A stretch of DNA of 37,804 bases from Candidatus Cloacimonadota bacterium (GTDB taxonomy: Bacteria > Cloacimonadota > Cloacimonadia > JGIOTU-2). A program made the translations under genes and the position numbers. The DNA lies in assembly GCA_049903315.1 (NCBI GenBank), contig JBNGBT010000014.1, positions 1 to 37,804 on the forward strand. The letters are read 5' to 3'. This document shows positions 8,956 to 18,210 of this stretch, piece by piece. The notes beneath the pieces were generated by a model. The model did no database searches and was not told the DNA's origin. It was given only the letters and a program-made list of their open reading frames with translations. How positions within the stretch are numbered: position 1 is the first letter of the stretch; every line of letters begins with the position of its first letter.

Positions 8956-9759
8956 CTAATCTTGAATAAGATTATTTTTTAACCTATCTTTCTTTTTACT
9001 TTGAAAGAGGATGTCAAAAATGTCGCTAAGTTTGTCTAATGCTTGTTTTGAAAACAATCCCACCAAACATGCTGTAGCTGCAATAATATAAAATCCTTCG
9101 ACATTTTCAATATGAGTGATGAAACCCGCTCTAACTACTACGTAAACCACTAGGGATAGTATTGCTCCTGTTATGGGGCGAAAGAAGTACCAAGGAGCCC
9201 AATTGCGGTTATACTTTTGATTCCCTAGGTAGATAGTTAGAGATGTTATAGCATGCAGACATGAACCAAGTGCTCCAAGAATAATGGCAATTAGGATCAT
9301 GTGGATCTCTGGAACATTATTAGGTGAATCTAATAAGGATCTATTTTTTAAACTGTCTTCAATGGAAAGATCATATAACTTGGTCTCATATTTATCAGAA
9401 TCCACAACATTTTTTATTGGTAACACTGTACCTTTATTCTTGATATCTACAGAATTCAAAGTTTCATTTTGTTTTGTTAATTTTGAATCGGGATCTACGT
9501 TTTGTTTTGATTGAACAGTCCATGCATTATTAGGAATAGATTGCTCACGCAAGTATTTATTATCAATTGGCAGATAGTTGGTATCTATTGGCCAAAGTTT
9601 TATAACAAAAAATAATAGTATAATAGAGACTACCAATAGGTATAGTCCAATATAGGAAGGCGCAGAAACATATTTGCTTACTTGCATTTTAGACCGTAAC
9701 TGTGAAATTGTATAAAAGAACCATTGAGTGTTTATTCTCACACTAATTAGGTTTTCCAT
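8956..9759 (-). CDS. Membrane protein (GALGS...RP..GA...VGLFS family) with a soluble loop
   Basis: N-terminal TM, ~90-aa hydrophilic loop, then GALGSCLH, WYFFRPITGAIL and LVGLFSKQALDKL. Confidence 0.8.
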   Translation of the reverse strand: MENLISVRINTQWFFYTISQLRSKMQVSKYVSAPSYIGLYLLVVSIILLFFVIKLWPIDTNYLPIDNKYLREQSIPNNAWTVQSKQNVDPDSKLTKQNETLNSVDIKNKGTVLPIKNVVDSDKYETKLYDLSIEDSLKNRSLLDSPNNVPEIHMILIAIILGALGSCLHAITSLTIYLGNQKYNRNWAPWYFFRPITGAILSLVVYVVVRAGFITHIENVEGFYIIAATACLVGLFSKQALDKLSDIFDILFQSKKKDRLKNNLIQD

Positions 9760-9915
9760 GGTTTATAATACCATAATAAGATAATTATATTTAAATGATA
9801 TAACGATATGTTGTATTTATAATATTATAATTTACAAATAATAAATATATAATTAATATAATGAATTGATATAAAAATATATATTAATATAAGTAACGAA
9901 AACTTAAAAGGTTTT

Positions 9916-10839
9916 ATGACAGTTGAAAAGAATAAAAAAGAAATAATTGATCAAATTAATACCGTTATTCCTAAACTTGAATTGGATGACAATCATCTAC
10001 AAAAAATGAAAGATTTATTGTCATCATCGTTAAGTAGGGATGATATAATATGTATTGTCAATTTGGTTATAGACATCTATTGTGGATATCTCGGTAAAAA
10101 TCATCTTTCGGATTGGTTTTTATCGTTAGATCTTGATAAACATATTGGGGAGCAAATCACAAAGATGGCATACAAGGATCCGGATAATTTTTTATGTAAA
10201 GGTCCTGTAATTAAAGAATGTGATTCTGAGTTTATCAGGATTATGGAGTTGCCCACATTCATTAATCATTATTTGCGAAACACATATTGGATTCCAGATA
10301 ACTATATGGGTGAACAGCAAGCATTAGAAATGTTTTTCCACACACCAAATAATGAACCTAAAAATAACTTTGAGGATATTAAAGTTTCGTTCCGTGGAGC
10401 TCACGAGAACGTTTGGGTTACAGATCTATCAACAATCAAAGAATTTAAAACATTTGATCCTGACAGATTCTCAGATATGATTTGCCAATCTTTGGGTATT
10501 ATAACTAGTAAGGGGAAAAAAATTATCTATATACGGTATCCTGAGTCATTTAAGATGGTATCATTTCATAAACCCACGCAATTAGATGCTCATTATAGGT
10601 ATTCAGATTATTATTTATCAATTGAATCAAAAGACTATTGGGGAAGAACATGCCCTTTAGATAAAAATGGTAAATCAATCAAAGAAAGTGTACACCGATC
10701 ACTTGAAAATGGCCTGAATGAAGAATTTGAAGGTTATCTTTTAGGAGAAACTTCAAAAAGTATAAATAATTCAAAACACATTCTATTGCAAACTGCTATA
10801 AATAGATTAAATGAAATTGTACAAAACATTATTTATTAA
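9916..10839 (+). CDS. Hypothetical protein, possible ADP-ribosyltransferase-like fold
   Basis: Long ORF with RBS; motif order IRI...VWVTD...LGI...IIYIRY...PTQLDA...WGRT...KESVH. The CDS is secure; the fold is inference. Confidence 0.6.
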   Translation: MTVEKNKKEIIDQINTVIPKLELDDNHLQKMKDLLSSSLSRDDIICIVNLVIDIYCGYLGKNHLSDWFLSLDLDKHIGEQITKMAYKDPDNFLCKGPVIKECDSEFIRIMELPTFINHYLRNTYWIPDNYMGEQQALEMFFHTPNNEPKNNFEDIKVSFRGAHENVWVTDLSTIKEFKTFDPDRFSDMICQSLGIITSKGKKIIYIRYPESFKMVSFHKPTQLDAHYRYSDYYLSIESKDYWGRTCPLDKNGKSIKESVHRSLENGLNEEFEGYLLGETSKSINNSKHILLQTAINRLNEIVQNIIY

Positions 10840-10848
10840 GGTGACTAA

Positions 10849-11919
10849 ATGGACTGGACTGAATTTATTGTAAAATTGGAATCGATGACCTTTAATGATT
10901 TATTGAAGTGGACCAATGATTTTTTGTATGAACTTGATCCGGTCCCAATATGTCCATTACAAGATATAGATTATGATATTAAGTTTAAAAAAATTTATGA
11001 AGAATCTGTCGATAGGAATTTTAAAAATGAAATTAAGAATATTCTTTGTTTTCTAATAGAGGACATGAGTAATCCAGATTATCCAAAGCCATATATCTAT
11101 AACATATTAAGTGTACTAATAACAATCAAACCCGCACAAGGCAAAGAAAGAATTAGAAAATTACTATATGCTGGATATTTTCGAAGTATGGAGTATGACT
11201 CAAGTGACTTATTCGGAATGTTGATATTGTTAAATACACAGTATGATGTGGATCAACAGTTTAAGAACTATTTGTTTAATTCACTGCCATATGAAGATAA
11301 TTATTGCGAATATTTTTTAATTTGTTATAATGGCTTAATAAACTCATTAATTCTGCCGTTTGATTTAATAATATTTTATTTGAGAGACCAAAAAAAACTT
11401 GAGAGTCGTTTCCTTAAAATATTTAAATATTCTATAGCAAAACTTGGATGGGATAGTTTTATAAATTCCTATTTTCGAATTCGAAGTAAACTGAGTGACA
11501 AACCTTTGCTCCAATTCAATTTATTGGTGTTTGAAACTTATAACATGGATGAGTCAATTTTGGAGAACTCATCACAATTTCAAGATAACTCATTTAGTAA
11601 ACTTTTGCTTAATCTGCATATTGATTTGAAATGTGCATTAACTGAAAATGCAATCAGAATTATACTAGAATTAAAAGATAAGAATGAAAAATCAGATCAA
11701 GACATGTCAAAATTATTTGATAGATATATTGATGTGACAGGAAACAAATTTTGGATTATGGACCACAATATCCATTTTACTTCTAACAAGCAACCTTCTC
11801 TTTTCACCTCTACTGATGAAAAAGAAATAATTTTAAGCCCTGATGAATTCAATTATCTATTAACAATTGAGAGCATCACCTATGTTGATTCAGCAAATAT
11901 GATAGGAAATGAATCATGA
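10849..11919 (+). CDS. Hypothetical alpha-helical protein
   Basis: AAGGTG RBS 9 bp after the upstream stop; ATGA overlap with the next gene. Confidence 0.8.
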   Translation: MDWTEFIVKLESMTFNDLLKWTNDFLYELDPVPICPLQDIDYDIKFKKIYEESVDRNFKNEIKNILCFLIEDMSNPDYPKPYIYNILSVLITIKPAQGKERIRKLLYAGYFRSMEYDSSDLFGMLILLNTQYDVDQQFKNYLFNSLPYEDNYCEYFLICYNGLINSLILPFDLIIFYLRDQKKLESRFLKIFKYSIAKLGWDSFINSYFRIRSKLSDKPLLQFNLLVFETYNMDESILENSSQFQDNSFSKLLLNLHIDLKCALTENAIRIILELKDKNEKSDQDMSKLFDRYIDVTGNKFWIMDHNIHFTSNKQPSLFTSTDEKEIILSPDEFNYLLTIESITYVDSANMIGNES

Positions 11920-14141
11920 ATCTAAAAAATACAGTCCATCCTTTGATTGCATTTAACTTGATAAATAAATCAACAAATCTGGAGGTTTTAAATCAACTTA
12001 AAGAGGATATTGTTAATCTACAAAATGGATGGGACATTTACTATACCGTTGACCACCATGAAATTAGTAAATACTGTTTTCCAATTGACGTTGAGAAAAT
12101 TGATGAATATCTTTCAGAGGAATTAGAATCAATTTCTCAAGATCAAAATGCATACCATGAGTTGTTTTATAATATGCCACATAAACCCATTTTACTTATA
12201 GATTACCAAATTGAGCTTGAAGGGTTAGTAAGATATGTAGAACAGTTTTCCAATCGCGTATTTACTACGAACGATATCATTAATAGATATTATCAAGAAA
12301 TTGGATTGGATTATGACGACTATAGTCAAAATAGTAGAGACTTAGAAAAAATCACTGATATCATAAAAAACCATTTCAATAATATATTAGCCTTATCTTC
12401 AGGTTTATATAGTATTGGGGCAGATCGCCTATCGAATATTTTTGATAAACTCTTAATAAATAAAATTGATCTCAGCGATATTGAAATAGAGTTTGAAGAT
12501 CTAATTAATAACACTTTTGTTAGTCTTTTAAATAGATTATTGAAAAGTAATAGACTTCATGAAAATAATTCCACCAAAAATATCAAAAAAGATAGGGCAG
12601 ATCTTCGAGACGCAAAAGCAATATCACGTGTCATTGGTATCAACAAAAAACTCAACCCTCACAAAATTATGCTTCTTTATGTCTCTAATGCTCCAAAAAT
12701 AGATAAGGTTTTTCAAAAAACAGAATTAATTGCTGAGCTTCCTATTTTGGAATCCAAAAAATTTAATTTTCATAGAAGTACAAAACACTTGTTTGCGTAT
12801 TTAATAGTTAAAGAAGAAGATAAAATAAAAATTATTGAAAACATTGATGAACTCACGAATTTAATTAATAATACAAGAATTGTTAAAGAACAACTGACAC
12901 ACATGAAGGATGATTGTGAGTATTGTGTGAATCACGATTATTTATATAGATCTAATTGTCAATATAAGTATTTATGTGATGGACTTGTAAATACTTACGA
13001 AGTTATAAAACAGAATACTAAAGAATTGGATAACCTGAAGCTTGTGGGTAATGTATCAAAAAAGAGAATAAAATATTTGAATAAAATAAAAAAAACATCA
13101 ATTTATTTTCATGTAATCGATTTTTTAAATGAAGTTTATAAGTTGAAATCTGAGCATATCCACAAAGAAGAAGAACTTCTTCAGAAATCCTTAATTATAA
13201 AATCTAAATTTGCTGAGTTAATCCCTAAAAATACAATTCCAACCGAACAAATTGATCCAAGTGGGTATATTTCGTGTTATCTCCAAAGGTATCCACTTCG
13301 AATTAGTTTTGAAGATGAAGAAATTAAATTACTTAACAAAAGAGTAATCAGTTATCTAAAATGTCCTGTCTCAGAGAAAAGAAAGAAATGGTCTTTGTTA
13401 GGAAAAATTTTTGGTGATTTCCTCACTTTAACCGCCCCATTTACACTAAACATTGAAATGGAAATTTTCAGAAATTATCTCTATATATTAATTCAAGATA
13501 AAAACTTGTTAAATATAATTGAGAATAATCTTGTTAGCTTGTCTAATCATGAAAAAACTAAAAAACTTAATGGCAAATATTATAGAGAAATATCCTACCT
13601 TCTTTGTTTCTTATATCGATATCAAAGGAATTATTTGAAATGTGAAGAAAAATGTACAGCTTCAATTAAACTATTCCCGAATGATCCAAGATTTTATCAT
13701 GCAAGGTCAGTTAATTACTACTATTGGGCTGTTGTTTCAAAAGCAAATGAAAGTGATTTACTTAAAAAAGCAGTTTCTGATGCGCTTGTTGCACTGCAAT
13801 ATTATAAATCGGATTTTGAAATGATGGCTGTTTGCCATAATAATTTGGCTTATATATATTCTGTTGATGATACTAAAAGCTACAATTTACTGGAAGCTCG
13901 GAATCATCTAGACTCTATTTCAACATATATTGATAAGGTAGAATGGTCACCACTTTACCCAGAATTTTGGGACACCGAAGCAAATGTTCTTCTTAAAACA
14001 GCTATTAATGAGTCTGGTGAAACAGCTCAAAAAATTGCAATAGAAGCACTGAACTCTGTGAACCAAGCCTTGTCGATTGATCCCCAAAACCAGCATTATA
14101 TAAAACTAGCACAAGAGATCAACAACCTTTTTCCATTCTAA
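11916..14141 (+). CDS. PIN-like N-terminal domain plus C-terminal TPR protein
   Basis: YYTVDHHEI...YQIELEG...DLRDAKAI...LLYVSNA resembles a PIN acidic core; Cys cluster CEYC...C....LC; TPRs (FPNDPRFYHARS, HNNLAYIY, ALSIDPQNQHY). Confidence 0.65.
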   Translation: MNLKNTVHPLIAFNLINKSTNLEVLNQLKEDIVNLQNGWDIYYTVDHHEISKYCFPIDVEKIDEYLSEELESISQDQNAYHELFYNMPHKPILLIDYQIELEGLVRYVEQFSNRVFTTNDIINRYYQEIGLDYDDYSQNSRDLEKITDIIKNHFNNILALSSGLYSIGADRLSNIFDKLLINKIDLSDIEIEFEDLINNTFVSLLNRLLKSNRLHENNSTKNIKKDRADLRDAKAISRVIGINKKLNPHKIMLLYVSNAPKIDKVFQKTELIAELPILESKKFNFHRSTKHLFAYLIVKEEDKIKIIENIDELTNLINNTRIVKEQLTHMKDDCEYCVNHDYLYRSNCQYKYLCDGLVNTYEVIKQNTKELDNLKLVGNVSKKRIKYLNKIKKTSIYFHVIDFLNEVYKLKSEHIHKEEELLQKSLIIKSKFAELIPKNTIPTEQIDPSGYISCYLQRYPLRISFEDEEIKLLNKRVISYLKCPVSEKRKKWSLLGKIFGDFLTLTAPFTLNIEMEIFRNYLYILIQDKNLLNIIENNLVSLSNHEKTKKLNGKYYREISYLLCFLYRYQRNYLKCEEKCTASIKLFPNDPRFYHARSVNYYYWAVVSKANESDLLKKAVSDALVALQYYKSDFEMMAVCHNNLAYIYSVDDTKSYNLLEARNHLDSISTYIDKVEWSPLYPEFWDTEANVLLKTAINESGETAQKIAIEALNSVNQALSIDPQNQHYIKLAQEINNLFPF

Positions 14142-14741
14142 TTATAATAGACAATTTAGATAACAAAAAATCTAATCTCGTATACATGCCTTCAAAATTT
14201 ACGTACCAATCTTTAGGTACATTCAACAAATGGAATAAACTCTTAATAAGTCTAATTTTCCTAAAACATCCTCATCAGACAGTTTACCAATCTTAAAATT
14301 AGACAGCTGAACTAAATATATTTTGTGCCACCAAGAAGTAACAATATTTTAAAAGGTTTTGTCATTTTCTAGTTAAAATAGAATATGAAAACAACAAACA
14401 GACTGAGTGACAGATTTACAAATTATGGGCTGAAAACATTGAATGATGTAGAGACAATTGAAATGCTACTAATGTAAAATGCATTAATTTTAATTTTAGA
14501 AGAACTGCCAAAACAATATTAGACCAGTGTGGTGGATAATCAATTCAAATGTAATTGACAGAGCTCAGGAAACACCTAATGGTCTGCAAATTGCAGAACC
14601 CGCAAGTATTTTTGGTCTTAGACTTCCTCATGAGATGTCAGGGGGCAGTTAAAATGGGCCACTTAGGGGCACTTGAAAGTGTACCACCTTTAGAGTTAAA
14701 GAAACTAAGTTTTTCAGTAACAAAGACTGTAGAACTTTTAA

Positions 14742-16350
14742 ATGGGGAACACTCTGAAGATGGACAAGATAGACCTGTTGCACCGACTGTTTACTCAAGG
14801 CTGGAGTAATCGTAAGATCAATAGATCAATGGGGATACATAGAGACACGATATCTTCCTATAAAAAGGAATGGGAAGTAATCAAAAAGAGCCAGTCAGCC
14901 CGAGAACATAAATTCCCAACACCAAACCATTCACAAAATACATCCTTCGAACCGAACCAAAATGGGCCACTTAAGTGCCCACCGAGTGAGGTGGCCTATT
15001 TTGAAGTGCCCACCGATCCAACCTCGAACTCGGTTACAAAATCCAAAAGCAAAGCCCATAAATACAAAAGACAGATCCTGGAAAAACTAAAGATGGGACA
15101 AAGCGCTAGAAGCATCTATCAGGATATTTACCAGGAATAGTAATACAGAGGCGGTTACGACAGCATCAAACGGTATGTCCGTAAGCTCAAGCGTAAACAT
15201 CCAATGCTCTATGCTCGTATTGAGACTGCTCCTGGAGAAGAAGCTCAGGTTGACTTTGGGCAGGGGCTCCAACCCTGAAGAACGGACGCTACCGTCGTCC
15301 CTGGCTATTTGTAATGACATTATCAAACAGCAGAAAAAGCTATGAGGAAGTTGTCTGGTCCCAGGATGTTGAGACCTTTATCAGATGCCATGTAAATGCC
15401 TTTGATTACTTCGGTGGTGTAGTTGAGTACATCAAACTGGATAATCTAAAATCAGGTGTTCTTGAGGCCGATCTATATGACCCTGAGCTTAATCCAACCT
15501 ATCTCGCATACAGTAAACACTGTGGGTTTATCCCGCTCCCTTGCAGGGTAAGGACACCGCAGCACAAAGGAAAGGTAGAAGCTGGTGTGAAGTATACACA
15601 AAGTAATGCCCTTCAGGGAAAACGGTTTGAGTCAATTAAACAGCAAAATGCATTTTACGCAACTGGAATCGTGCCTGGGCTACGACCCGTATTCATGGTA
15701 CCACAAAGCGACAAGTTGGTCAGATGTTCAAAGAAGAACAGCCTCATCTAAAGCCACTCCCAGAAAGCTCATTTTCGTTTTTCAAAATCAGCAAACGCAA
15801 AGTCAACAGTCTGGACAGCCATATAGAAGTTCAGGGAGCATTTTATCCAGTTCCTCCTCGCTATATGGGGGGACAAGTGGATGTGCATTTTAACAGCCAA
15901 TGGGTGAAAGTACTGGTTAATGGAAAGGTCATCCAATGGTTATCAGCAATAGAGAAAGGGCGGTTCCACCCAGATAAGCGCAGCCTGCCAGCGAATAAGG
16001 CTATGGACCGCAATACCTATCAGAAAAATCTATTAACACAGTGTAGTGACCTTGGGTTAAACATCCGAAGGTGGGCTGATCTGGCAGTGGTTGAGCGAGG
16101 TTTACCTGCCTACCGATCTATCCAGGGAGCATTGAGATTAACCAAAAAATATTCAGTTGAGCTTCTTGATCGTGCCTGTGTCATGGCAATCAAACGACAA
16201 TCTTTTTCAAGTAAACTCATTCATAACTATCTTGAGGAACTGTCACTTCAAGATCAGATCCAGACCCGTCTTCCACTCCAGCTGGAAAATGACATTATCC
16301 GTACTCCAAAGGCTTATGCAAATCTTTTTGAACAGGAGGTACAATCATGA
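14742..16350 (+). pseudogene. istA: IS21 transposase IstA (nonsense codons and frameshifts)
   Basis: N-terminal HTH; ETAPGEEAQVDFG, DNLKSGV and KGKVE motifs; TAG-TAA at 15138-15143; frameshifts near 15265 and ~15655. Confidence 0.93.
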
Positions 16351-17108
16351 TCGAACAGCTTGAGTATCAATTAAAATCAGTTCGACTCTCAGGAATGGCA
16401 GAGCATGTCCATATCCGTTTACAGGAAACCAAAGCAAACGATCTTTCTTACGAGAGTTTTTTGAAAAATCTTTTGGAGGATTAGTTACACAAAAGAAAAG
16501 AGCGGCTGCTAAACCGGCGTATGAAACAGGCGCGCTTTCCATTCCTGCGAACTTTGGAGGACTTTGATTACAAGTTCAATCCATCAATAAAGAAACGGCA
16601 GATAAAGGAGTTGGAGTCAACAGCTTTTGTGTCCTGGGCTGAAAATGTACTATTCTTGGGGCCTCCTGGGGTCGGTAAAACACATTTAGCCGTCGGCATT
16701 GGTATCCAATCTCTCCAGAATGGTTTTGCAGTGTAGTACCGTTCCATTTTTGATATGGCTGCTGATTTTAACAAAGAACATCCTGACGATGTTATACCAA
16801 TGTATGTAAAACCTCACCTGCTGATCTTGGATGAACTGGGAATGAAGCCTTTGACGTCAAGAGCTGCTGATAGTCTTTTGGAGATAATCCACCGTCGCTA
16901 CCAGGTTGGTTCTACAATCATTGCAACCAACTGACCGATCGAGGACTGGGGAACCATCCTTGGTGACAATACCGCAACCTCAGCAGTTTTAGACCGCTTC
17001 CTTGAGAATGTGCATTATGTGAAAATTACTGGGAAAAGTTACCGACTGAAGAATCTGAACATGAAAAGAGAGGAAAATGATGTAGTGAATAAACAGAATT
17101 CAGACTAA
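16347..17108 (+). pseudogene. istB: IS21 ATPase IstB with three in-frame stops
   Basis: ATGA overlap with istA; GPPGVGKTHLA, LILDELG, AVLDRFL and GKSYR in one frame with internal TAG, TAG and TGA. Confidence 0.93.
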
Positions 17109-17310
17109 TTTAGATTAAGGTAAGGTGGCCCATTTTGAAGTGCCCACTACTGGCCTAATTTAAAGTGCCCATTGACACTCATGAGATTCTAGTCAGATAC
17201 AATTTGAGGAAAGTATAATATAAACCTGCACTGAGTAATTCAGATGATGTAATGAATTATCTCAGTCTTTCAATGGGTGGGTTAAATAATGAAGAGTTTC
17301 ATGCATTATA

Positions 17311-17841
17311 ATAGATTCCCCCGGGCATGCCCGGGGTCCTTACTGTTACAACTCCATTCGGAGTTGACCTAAATCCTGCTCACCTCGATGTTTTACATAC
17401 TCCTTTATTGTTTTCTCATCTGCTCCAACACTGGTTACAAAGTAACCAGCAGACCATACTATGTTTTCATTCCAATATACTTCCTTAAGATGCGGAAACT
17501 TCTCCCTGAATTTTGATAAAGATCTGCTTTTCAACTGACCCATCACTGATGATATGCTATATCTTGGTGGGATTTCTATCACCATGTGTAGATGATCTTC
17601 ATCAAAACCTATTTGTTCAACCTTTACTCCAGGAAGCTGTTGGAGCAGTTTTGGGAATATCTTTCTTAGGTAATTGCATACGCCAGGATTTAGGATCTTT
17701 CGGCGGTATTTTCATACCCATACAGAATGATACTTAAGATGATAAATGCTATGTGCAGACTTCGTATATTCCACATGATAAAATACCGCCTTCTGTCTCA
17801 TTCATCCACGGGGAATCCCGTGGATTTCTGTCTTCGAGCGA
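17311..17841 (-). mobile_element. IS200-like element (tnpA only), ~530 bp
   Basis: Subterminal hairpins CCCCGGGC-AT-GCCCGGGG (17319-17336) and ATCCACGGG-GAAT-CCCGTGGAT (17804-17825); radC sequence resumes on both sides; ends approximate. Confidence 0.88.
17346..17774 (-). pseudogene. tnpA: IS200/IS605 Y1 HUH transposase TnpA with one in-frame TGA
   Basis: GTG start; HSIYHLKYHSVWV*KYRRKIL, DHLHM (HUH), WSAGYFVTSVG and EYVKHR. Confidence 0.92.
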
Positions 17842-18161
17842 TTAAAATGGGAGAAACCAGTTTTTAAAAATGAGATCATCTCAAATGGTATACTAACTGG
17901 ATCAATTGTCTATCCCAGAGAAGTTGTGAAATCTGCATTAACTATAATGCTGCAGCAATGATTTTGGCTCATAATCATCCTTCTGGAAATCCAAAACCAA
18001 GTCAGGAAGATATTAATTTGACAAGAAGGATAAAAGAAGCAGCAAGCTTGTTTGTAATCAAAATTCATGACCATGTAATTGTGGCATGTAGTGAGTATAC
18101 TAGTTTGGCTGATATGGGATTTGTTTGAAACTATTATAAGATCCCATATCAATTAATAAAT

Positions 18162-18194
18162 AAAAAAAAAGCTCTGCAAAATTGCAGAGCTTTT
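18162..18194. terminator. Bidirectional intrinsic terminator
   Basis: AAAAGCTCTGCAA-AA-TTGCAGAGCTTTT with an A9 tract, between convergent radC and the T9SS-type gene. Confidence 0.85.
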
Positions 18195-18210
18195 CTCAAA
18201 AGGAATTTAT

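Larger units (their letters stand above)
14636..17177 (+). mobile_element. IS21-family element, complete ends, 2542 bp, decayed
   Basis: TGTCA...TGACA ends with ~53-bp imperfect IRs; flanked by a CTCATGAGA direct repeat (14627-14635 and 17178-17186). Confidence 0.95.
14385..18128 (+). pseudogene. radC: RadC/JAB-domain gene, degraded and interrupted by IS21 and IS200
   Basis: N-part RLSDRFTNYGLKTLNDVETIEMLL (14385); middle DDVMNYL..MGGLNNEEFHAL (~17240-17308); C-part VYPREVVKSAL, AHNHPSGNPKPSQED and IHDHVIV to TGA 18128. Confidence 0.92.

Noticed and set aside
14158..14220. AGATAAC after the PIN-TPR gene as an attC start
   Set aside because: No matching GTT core site or convincing arms downstream, and no complementary site upstream of the operon
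14555..14809. 84-aa ORF
   Set aside because: Chimeric frame crossing the radC/IS21 junction
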